Source of the DNA: Elusimicrobiota bacterium
GTDB taxonomy: Bacteria > CG03 > SLGR01 > JAFGSA01
Direction of reading: 5' to 3'
NCBI GenBank assembly: GCA_016934855.1
Contig: JAFGSA010000052.1
Span: 6,220-70,219 of the forward strand
DNA: 64,000 nucleotides
Numbering within the stretch: the first letter of the stretch is position 1; each line of letters opens with the position of its first letter. The translations under genes and the position numbers were made by a program. The notes beneath the pieces are model-generated. The model did no database searches. It was not told where the DNA came from and saw only the letters and a program-made list of their open reading frames with translations. Below, piece after piece: positions 8,816-15,592 of this stretch.

Positions 8816-9252
8816 CTTTTCTCCATGTCCGCTATAAGGTTAATCCTGCGTTCGTGGCGGCCGCCCTCGAACCCGGTCCTGAGGAAAGCGTCTACTATCT
8901 TCTTCGCCTTTGCGAAAGAGGTAAAATCTGCTCCCAGGCAGAGGATATTCGCGTTATTATGCTTCGCGGCCATGACCGCGGCTTTCGCGGTCCTCACGGT
9001 GACTCCCCTTATGCCTTTCACCTTGTTGACGGCGATGCATACTCCGAGCCCGCTCCCGCATACCGCTATTCCCTTTTCCGCCCTTTTCCCCGAAACATCC
9101 ATGGCTACTTTTTCCGCGTATACGGGGTAATCAACGGAAGCCGGTCCGTCCGTACCGTTATCTATTACTTCGTGGCCGGACGCTACCAGGAACTTCCTTA
9201 TCCTGTCCTTGAGCGCATATCCCCTGTGGTCCGATCCGACGGATATCTTCAT
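8812..9252 (-). CDS. rpiB: ribose-5-phosphate isomerase B / LacB-like sugar-phosphate isomerase (catalytic Cys retained)
   Basis: MKISVGSDHRGYALK...IAVCGSGLGVCIAVNK...GGRHERRI is the RpiB/LacAB family, with the CGSG catalytic cysteine. Confidence 0.88.
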   Translation of the reverse strand: MKISVGSDHRGYALKDRIRKFLVASGHEVIDNGTDGPASVDYPVYAEKVAMDVSGKRAEKGIAVCGSGLGVCIAVNKVKGIRGVTVRTAKAAVMAAKHNNANILCLGADFTSFAKAKKIVDAFLRTGFEGGRHERRINLIADMEKR

Positions 9253-9256
9253 ATTT

Positions 9257-9706
9257 TCACCTGTAATACCTGTCTTCGACGGATTTCACCTTGTCCAGCC
9301 TTTTCCGGTGCCTTCCCTCGCCGAAGGGAGTCTCCAGCCATTGGGTCACTATGTCACGGGCGAGAAGCGTACCCAGCATCTTGCCCCCGAGACAGAGCAC
9401 GTTGCAGTCGTCGTGCTCGGAAGCGTACGCTCCCGTAAGATGGTTATACGCCGTGACAGCCCTTATGCCCCTGACCTTGTTTGCCGTCAGGCAGACCCCC
9501 CCTCCGGTTCCGTCTATCAGTATGCCCCTGCCGTAATCTCCCCGCGATACGGCTTCGGCCACAAGCAGCGCGTAGTCGGGGTAATCGCAGGATTCTTCCG
9601 AATACGTGCCGAAATCTATCACGTTATGCCCTTTTCCCTGCAGAAATTTTTTAATATCTTCTTTTAAGGCGAAACCGCCGTGGTCCGATCCTATTACTAT
9701 ATTCAT
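9257..9706 (-). CDS. RpiB/LacA-like sugar-phosphate isomerase paralog (catalytic Cys replaced by Asp)
   Basis: MNIVIGSDHGGFALK...ILIDGTGGGVCLTANK...GEGRHRKR is the same family, but with DGTG in place of CGTG. SD AGGAG precedes the ATG. Confidence 0.85.
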   Translation of the reverse strand: MNIVIGSDHGGFALKEDIKKFLQGKGHNVIDFGTYSEESCDYPDYALLVAEAVSRGDYGRGILIDGTGGGVCLTANKVRGIRAVTAYNHLTGAYASEHDDCNVLCLGGKMLGTLLARDIVTQWLETPFGEGRHRKRLDKVKSVEDRYYR

Positions 9707-9788
9707 TTTCTGGTAACTCCTGATCCGTGTAATATGTCATGTGAAATGTGTAACGTATAAATATCAAATTCAGATGAAACCGGATGGA

Positions 9789-9810
9789 AATCTACTGCCA
9801 ATCTATTGCC
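9789..9810. repeat. tandem direct 11-mer repeat (aatctactgcc / aatctattgcc) in the 184 nt intra-operon gap between BMC-T and the RpiB pair
   Basis: Two adjacent 11-mers differ by one base; read directly from the sequence. Confidence 0.5.
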
Positions 9811-9890
9811 AGAATAACAATCTTCTGCAAATTGAAAATAATTTCTAAGCATGAAATTTCCCTGCACTTCGCATATTACAACTTATACAA

Positions 9891-10439
9891 TCACAGCACG
9901 CTCTTCCGCAGGTCTTTATGCGGACTCGGGATTATGACCCTTCTTATGAGTATCCCTTCTTCTTTTATCGAACCGCACCCCGCGTTCACCGCCGACCGGA
10001 CGCTGGCGACATCCCCGGTCATCGTAACATACGCTTTTCCGCCGAGAGCGTTTGCCAGCCTCACGTCTATGAGCCTGATATCGGCTGCCTTCGCCGCGCT
10101 GTCAGCGGCTATTATGCACGACGCGACCGAAAACGTTTCTATGATGCCCAGCGCCCCGATCTCCGAGACGTCAGACGTGCCCCTGATAGCAGGAACAAGC
10201 TGGTCATGCACGTTCTTTATTATCAGTTTATCGACCAGCGCGTCTTCTGCCAGGTTCAGGCCGCTTTTCAGAGAACTCTCCACATCGGCCGTCGAACCGG
10301 TTATAAGGACTATGAACTTGCCCGGGCAGACGGAATGGGCTTCCACCAGTTCGCTGCCAGCAGTTTTCAAAAGGGCATCGGTGACCTCAAACCCTTTGGC
10401 CACACTGCATAATTCTATCAATCCTATCGCGTTGCGCAT
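9891..10439 (-). CDS. BMC-T shell protein (tandem BMC-domain, PduT-like pseudohexamer)
   Basis: Two BMC domains (IGLIELCSVAKG... and IGALGIIETFSVAS...). The likely start is MRNAIGLIEL at 10439, 10 nt after the PduS stop, with a GGAG SD. Confidence 0.85.
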   Translation of the reverse strand: MRNAIGLIELCSVAKGFEVTDALLKTAGSELVEAHSVCPGKFIVLITGSTADVESSLKSGLNLAEDALVDKLIIKNVHDQLVPAIRGTSDVSEIGALGIIETFSVASCIIAADSAAKAADIRLIDVRLANALGGKAYVTMTGDVASVRSAVNAGCGSIKEEGILIRRVIIPSPHKDLRKSVL

Positions 10440-10449
10440 ATTTTGCTCC

Positions 10450-11766
10450 TCAGCCGGATATCTCGATATACTCACTGCTAAAGCCCTTCACGGTGCCGCT
10501 TATGCTGGAGTGGACCGCCGCGCCGAGCTTATCTGCGGGTATCCCGGCCAGCAGGTCTCCCTTTTTCACCCTGTCGCCCTCACTTACTACGGGACTTGCC
10601 GGTGTCCCTATATGCTGGCTGAGAGGTATTCTGACTTTTCCGGTATCCACGGTCTTGACCCTGATATCGTGCATATCGTATGAATCTATATCAAGCCGGG
10701 CCATAAGCCTGTCCGTATTGACTCTTCTGAATTCCCTTTCCGGATGCGCCTTGAGATCCGAAAGCGAATGGGGATTCTTTATCCCTTTCTCCGCGAGTTC
10801 CTTCTTCGTCTTCCTGAGCATGTCCCGGGGGGACAGATCAAGGGGGCACGCGTACATATTGCATAACCCGCACTCGCTGCACAGGTACGCGTTCGTAAGA
10901 TGCACCTGATCGCCGCCGATAAAAAAGTTCCTCATGATCATGTGCGGCGAGAGGTTGTGTCCCAGCAGGTTCCTTGGGCATACTATAGTGCAGTCGAAAC
11001 ACTGATCACAGGTGGATTTGGCCCTTCTGGCCATGGCCTCGAAACCGGCACTGTGCTTCGCCACAAGAGGATGATCGGGCTTCAGCACTATCAGTCCTCC
11101 GCAGAGCTTCGTTATACTGAAGGATCTCTCCACCACCTTGCCCATCATGGGACCGCCGGCTATCACGGCATAATCTTTCAGCAGAGGTACGGCCCTGTCT
11201 ATAAGTTCTCCCGCGGATATGCCCACGGGCACCTCCGCGATATACGGTTCTTCGACCTCACCGGCGACTGTTACCCACCTGGTTACCACCGGGGTATCGC
11301 TTTCCACCGCAGCATTTATATTCACAAGAGTGTTTACATTTATCACGACCGCACCGACGCTAAGAGGTATGCCTCCTTCCGGGATGATCCTCCCGGTTAT
11401 GTTATATACCAGCTCGAACTCGTCTCCGGCGGGGTAATAGTTATCCAGGAGCGCTACCCTGACGGATTTATCGCGGGCGGCTGCCTTCCTGACAGATTCC
11501 GCAGCTTCCGGATACTTTTTTTTCAGCGCGATAAAGACGTTTTTCGCCCCCGTTGTTTTTTTCACGTGCCCCAGACCCTGCATTATCTCGGCGGCACGGT
11601 TTTCCATCAGATACCTGTCCGTACTCAGCAGAGGCTCGCACTCGGCTCCGTTGGCTATCACGGTATCGACGGAGGCCGCTATCTTGACATGCGCAGGGAA
11701 TCCGCCCCCGCCTGCGCCTACGACTCCCGCTCTTCTGACTCTTTCGATAATATCCTTTTTCTCCAT
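10450..11766 (-). CDS. pduS: PduS/RnfC-like NAD(P)H-binding Fe-S flavoprotein (BMC cofactor-recycling oxidoreductase)
   Basis: N-terminal GAGGGGFP (Complex1_51K/SLBB region), two 4Fe-4S motifs (CDQCFDCTIVCP and CSECGLCNMYACP), and a C-terminal RnfC_N-like barrel segment PLSQHIGTPASPVVSEGDRVKKGDLLAG. Confidence 0.85.
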   Translation of the reverse strand: MEKKDIIERVRRAGVVGAGGGGFPAHVKIAASVDTVIANGAECEPLLSTDRYLMENRAAEIMQGLGHVKKTTGAKNVFIALKKKYPEAAESVRKAAARDKSVRVALLDNYYPAGDEFELVYNITGRIIPEGGIPLSVGAVVINVNTLVNINAAVESDTPVVTRWVTVAGEVEEPYIAEVPVGISAGELIDRAVPLLKDYAVIAGGPMMGKVVERSFSITKLCGGLIVLKPDHPLVAKHSAGFEAMARRAKSTCDQCFDCTIVCPRNLLGHNLSPHMIMRNFFIGGDQVHLTNAYLCSECGLCNMYACPLDLSPRDMLRKTKKELAEKGIKNPHSLSDLKAHPEREFRRVNTDRLMARLDIDSYDMHDIRVKTVDTGKVRIPLSQHIGTPASPVVSEGDRVKKGDLLAGIPADKLGAAVHSSISGTVKGFSSEYIEISG

Positions 11767-11811
11767 CCTATGATATCAATGATCTGGGTCTCGCCGGCTG
11801 TCTGTCCCGCG

Positions 11812-13242
11812 TCATACTATCCTGAAATAGTCCACAAGGGTGCAGCGCAGCGGGCGGGTGAATGTCTTCGCGCTTACCAGCCCGTCACCCGTAGGCGTGG
11901 CTATGGAAAGCGATGCGAACCCTTCTCCCATTCCGAGCCCCATGTAAGACGGGCCGTTTTTTACGAATATGGAGCATGCCGCGGCATAGGCCATCTTCGT
12001 CAGCCTGTCCACGTTCAGTGAATGCATCACGGCAGTGTGCCCGTTGCCTCCCTCCATCTCCACGGCAAGCTGTATAGTCCTGTCGATGGAACCGGTCCTT
12101 GCAAACGGGAGTATCGGCATGAGCTGCTCGGTCCACATAAAATCGTGTTTTTCGTCGACGAGGCCCCACAGCAGCCTTACATCTTCCCGCAGATCGATAC
12201 CCAGCGCGTTCTTCGCAATAAAAGAAGCGTTCCTGCCTACATACTCGCGGTTCAGCACGGGTTCCCTGCAGCCGGCACCGCCTTTTACTATCGCGGCAGA
12301 CGCGAGCCTGTCCATCTGTTCCGGCGACAGTTCGTGAACCCTGGGATCTTTTCTCATTCTCTCCAGCACAGCCTCGGCCGCGCCGTCTGCCAGAAGGACT
12401 TCTTTTTCCGCCGTGCACAGTATGCCGTTATCGAAACTGGCCCCCCTTATTATCGAATCCACCGCTTTTTCGAAATCGGCGGTTTCGTCGACAACTACCG
12501 GAGGGTTCCCGGGCCCGGCGGCGATGACTCTCTTACTGCTTTTCATCGCTGCCGCGACTACCCCCGGGCCTCCGGTCACAAGAAGAATCCTTATATCAGG
12601 ATGAGTAAACAGGGTCTGTGCTCCCTCGATGCTGGGGGTTTTCATCGCGGTTATCAGCCCCCTAGGGCCGCCGCTCGCCGCTATGGCGTCTGAAAGGATC
12701 TGCATAGTATACTGGGAGACCTCCCTGGCAGCGGGATGCGGGGCGAATACCACGGAATTGCCCGCCGCTATTATGCTTATAGAATTATTTATTATCGTAG
12801 ACGGAGGATTGGTCGAGGGAGTAACGGCTCCTATGATCCCGTAAGGCGCCCTTTCCACGAGAGTCAGCCCGTTGTCCCCGGTGAAAGCTTCGGGACGCAG
12901 ATCTTCGACACCCGGCGTTTTTTCCGCGGCCAGGGTGTTCTTCAGCACTTTGTCTTCCCACCGGCCCATCCCGGTCTCCCTGCTTGCCATCTTCGCAAGC
13001 GTCTGAGCTTCTTTAAGGGAAACACGGCGCATCGCATCAATCAGTCTCTTCCTGGTCTCAAGATCCGTATCCCTGAGCTTTCTCTGCGCTTCCTTCGCGG
13101 CCAGGATCGCCTCTTCCATCGTCTGGAAAAGTACCCCGTCACCCGAGGAGGCGGCAGGGCCGTATGATACGCCCTTCTCCTTCTCCATCCTTGATATTAT
13201 CTCTCTTACCACGTCTGATATCTGCTTCTCGTCTACATTCAT
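11812..13242 (-). CDS. CoA-acylating aldehyde dehydrogenase (PduP/EutE-like) with an N-terminal encapsulation peptide
   Basis: Aldehyde dehydrogenase fold with the catalytic-Cys region ILCTAEKE. The N-terminal amphipathic helix ISDVVREIISRM is followed by a linker. The ORF-track start at 13257 is TTG; the ATG at 13242 follows the SD GAGAGG. Confidence 0.85.
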   Translation of the reverse strand: MNVDEKQISDVVREIISRMEKEKGVSYGPAASSGDGVLFQTMEEAILAAKEAQRKLRDTDLETRKRLIDAMRRVSLKEAQTLAKMASRETGMGRWEDKVLKNTLAAEKTPGVEDLRPEAFTGDNGLTLVERAPYGIIGAVTPSTNPPSTIINNSISIIAAGNSVVFAPHPAAREVSQYTMQILSDAIAASGGPRGLITAMKTPSIEGAQTLFTHPDIRILLVTGGPGVVAAAMKSSKRVIAAGPGNPPVVVDETADFEKAVDSIIRGASFDNGILCTAEKEVLLADGAAEAVLERMRKDPRVHELSPEQMDRLASAAIVKGGAGCREPVLNREYVGRNASFIAKNALGIDLREDVRLLWGLVDEKHDFMWTEQLMPILPFARTGSIDRTIQLAVEMEGGNGHTAVMHSLNVDRLTKMAYAAACSIFVKNGPSYMGLGMGEGFASLSIATPTGDGLVSAKTFTRPLRCTLVDYFRIV

Positions 13243-13301
13243 TCTCATACCTCTCAAAGCTTGATACGGGTCCGCTTCCGGTATTCGCCGTGGATCGGCG
13301 G

Positions 13302-13595
13302 CTACTTGGTTTTTCTGAAGATAACCTTCCCTTCTTTCTCTATGTAATCCACTATTCCCATTACCGTGCAGTCTACCGGCCTGTTCTCGGTGGCATCCGT
13401 CATCCTGGCGGATGACCCCTTGACGAACAGGACTACCTCCCCCTCTCCGGCTCCCACTGAATCGATCCCCACCTGCGGTGCCGAAGTAGGCTTGAGATTA
13501 TCGTCTACGGGCTGTACCAGGAGAAGTTTCCTCCCCTGGATTTTTTCATCCTTTACGGTGCAGACCACGTTTCCTGTTATTATTCCGAATTCCAT
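13302..13595 (-). CDS. BMC-P vertex protein (EutN/CcmL family), third paralog
   Basis: MEFGIITGNVVCTVK...GEVVLFVKGSSAR is the EutN_CcmL pattern. Confidence 0.88.
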   Translation of the reverse strand: MEFGIITGNVVCTVKDEKIQGRKLLLVQPVDDNLKPTSAPQVGIDSVGAGEGEVVLFVKGSSARMTDATENRPVDCTVMGIVDYIEKEGKVIFRKTK

Positions 13596-13620
13596 GCTTG
13601 TTCTCCTTTAAGACTGACGC

Positions 13621-13917
13621 TCATTTTACAGGTCTTATGGGAAGCAGTTCCTCCAGATCCCGGAAAGGATATGGGATGACATGGGCGCTCATCACTTTCC
13701 CCACCCGGTTAGCCGCGCTGCAGGCCGCATCTACGGCCGCCTGGCAGTCCGCCACGGAACCCCTGACCAGCACCGTCACTATCCCGTCTCCGGTTTTCCT
13801 GTAACCGGCTATCTGGACCTTCGCCGTTTTCAACATGACATCGGCCGCTTCCACCATGGCAGTCAGTCCCATGGTCTCGATCATGCCGAGGGCTGTCATG
13901 TCCCTGTCAATATCCAT
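13621..13917 (-). CDS. BMC-H shell protein (PduA/EutM-like hexamer)
   Basis: ALGMIETMGLTAMVEAADVMLKTAKV...VTVLVRGSVADCQAAVDAA is the BMC domain. An alternative start at 13899 (MTALGMIET) is plausible. Confidence 0.9.
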   Translation of the reverse strand: MDIDRDMTALGMIETMGLTAMVEAADVMLKTAKVQIAGYRKTGDGIVTVLVRGSVADCQAAVDAACSAANRVGKVMSAHVIPYPFRDLEELLPIRPVK

Positions 13918-13923
13918 AACGCT

Positions 13924-14541
13924 TTAACATATAAAAACCTTATCGCCGTTTTTCAGATCACACGAATTGGCCTCGTCCGTATCTATATGACACTCGAGCC
14001 TGTATTTATCGCTCACACGCACCAGCACGTTTTCGAATACGACCGACCTGGATCCGGCTGTCCGGATGCGGACCTCCTGCTTGTCTGCGAGATTGAATTC
14101 TTCGGCGTCCGCGGGGGTCATATGAATATGCCTTCTGGCTACGATCACTCCCTCTTTTATCTGCAGGGATCCCTTAGGCCCGATAAACCTGGCCCCGCCG
14201 GAGCTCTTTATATCCCCGGATTCCCTGACCGGGACTTCTATCCCGATCCTGTAGCTGTCGGTCCTGGATATCTCGGCCTGGGTTATCTTTCTCGCGGGGC
14301 CGAGTACCCTTACGTTCTTGAGCGTGCCCCTGGGTCCGAGTATATCTATCGTCTCCCGCGCAGCGTATTCGCCGGGCTGCACCAGGTCCCTCAGTTTGCG
14401 CAATTCGTATCCGCTCCCGAAAAGCGCCTCTATGGCTTCCCGGGTCAGATGCACGTGCCTGTTGGAGATATTGCAGATGACAGGTTTATCCATCCTCCCG
14501 AGTCTCTTAACAACTTCTCCTGCGATCTTAGATATGTCCAT
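13924..14541 (-). CDS. pduL: phosphate acyltransferase PduL (PTAC) with an N-terminal amphipathic helix
   Basis: Two PduL repeats, NISNRHVHLT...GPRG and ARRHIHMTPADAEEF...ECHIDTDEAN. The N-terminal helix is ISKIAGEVVKRLGRM. Confidence 0.9.
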   Translation of the reverse strand: MDISKIAGEVVKRLGRMDKPVICNISNRHVHLTREAIEALFGSGYELRKLRDLVQPGEYAARETIDILGPRGTLKNVRVLGPARKITQAEISRTDSYRIGIEVPVRESGDIKSSGGARFIGPKGSLQIKEGVIVARRHIHMTPADAEEFNLADKQEVRIRTAGSRSVVFENVLVRVSDKYRLECHIDTDEANSCDLKNGDKVFIC

Positions 14542-14623
14542 ATCAGCCGCTTAATACGTAACGCGTTATATGTAAAGGGAGAAATAATCTATAAGCCGCC
14601 TGCTGCCTCATTATTCTCCCCGG

Positions 14624-15520
14624 TCAACCCCTGAATTTTACTATGCTTGCAAATGAACCGGCCTCAAGACTGGCCCCGCCGACCAGACCTCCGTCTACGT
14701 TCTCCTGCTTCATTATGTCCGAGATGTTATCCGGTTTTATGCTCCCTCCGTATAGGATCCTGATATTCTGGGCGAGTTCTTCCGTGAACATCTCCGAGAG
14801 GGTATTCCTTATAAACTTGTGCGCTTCTTCGGCCTGTGCGGGAGTCGCCGTCTTTCCGGTACCTATCGCCCAAACGGGTTCATATGCTATGGTCAGCGCT
14901 TCCTTTTCATCTTCACTTAGGTCGGCCAGCCCGCCGGAGAGCTGTTTCTTAAGAACTTCGAACGTCTTTCCCTTCTCCCTTTCCTGGAGCGACTCGCCTA
15001 TGCATACTATGGGCTTCAATCCTTCTTTCACGGCGAACTTCAGCTTTTTATTGACTGTCCCGTCCGTGCACCCGAAATACTGCCTTCTCTCGGAATGCCC
15101 TATTATGACCCACTCGCATCCGCATTCCCTGAGCATCGGCGGAGATATCTCCCCCGTGTAAGCGCCGTTCTTTTCCGGATACATGTTCTGCGCGCCCAGG
15201 GCGATGTTGGTCCCCTTCAGAAGTTCGCCTGCCAGGTTCAGCGCGGTATAGGGAGGCGCAACCATTATATCTACGTCGGTTACACCGGCGACCTTGTCTT
15301 TAAATGCCTTTATGAATGCAACGGTCTCGCTGCCGGTCTTATTCATCTTCCAGTTTCCAGCCATCAATGGTCTTCTCATCAGTTCCTCCGTTATCTCGAT
15401 ACCATGGGTATCCGCCGCTTCCCTGGCCATAGGAGTGACAAGCGTCCCCTTCGTCAGGGATACCCTCCTTTTTCCGCTCCTTATTGCTGACATTATGTCA
15501 ACATATTTGTAAATTCCCAT
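14624..15520 (-). CDS. tpiA: triosephosphate isomerase with a roughly 48 aa N-terminal extension
   Basis: The core MAGNWKMN...IAYEPVWAIGTGKTATPAQAEE...GGSIKPDN is TIM. The extension MGIYKYVDIMSAIRSGKRRVSLTKGTLVTPMAREAADTHGIEITEEL precedes it. The start codon abuts a predicted promoter. Confidence 0.88.
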   Translation of the reverse strand: MGIYKYVDIMSAIRSGKRRVSLTKGTLVTPMAREAADTHGIEITEELMRRPLMAGNWKMNKTGSETVAFIKAFKDKVAGVTDVDIMVAPPYTALNLAGELLKGTNIALGAQNMYPEKNGAYTGEISPPMLRECGCEWVIIGHSERRQYFGCTDGTVNKKLKFAVKEGLKPIVCIGESLQEREKGKTFEVLKKQLSGGLADLSEDEKEALTIAYEPVWAIGTGKTATPAQAEEAHKFIRNTLSEMFTEELAQNIRILYGGSIKPDNISDIMKQENVDGGLVGGASLEAGSFASIVKFRG

Positions 15521-15526
15521 TTAGAA

Positions 15527-15555
15527 AATATACTATTATTTTATTATACAGTCAA
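15527..15555 (-). promoter_or_regulatory. predicted sigma70-type promoter of the BMC operon (TTGACT-17 nt-TATATT, overlapping a TGTATAAT element), 6-7 nt upstream of the tpiA ATG
   Basis: Reverse-strand sequence TTGACTgtataataaaataatagTATATTttctaaATG sits in an AT-rich 72 nt intergenic gap. Confidence 0.5.
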
Positions 15556-15592
15556 GCAAAAATATTAAATATTTTATAATTTATAAGATATG

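Noticed and set aside
9784-12021. Large plus-strand ORFs (9784-10683, 10900-12021, 12022-12693)
   Set aside because: All are antisense to well-supported BMC-T, PduS and aldehyde dehydrogenase genes and have no recognisable domains.
13681-14634. 317-aa plus-strand ORF
   Set aside because: It is antisense to BMC-H, PduL and part of tpiA, with no homology signal.
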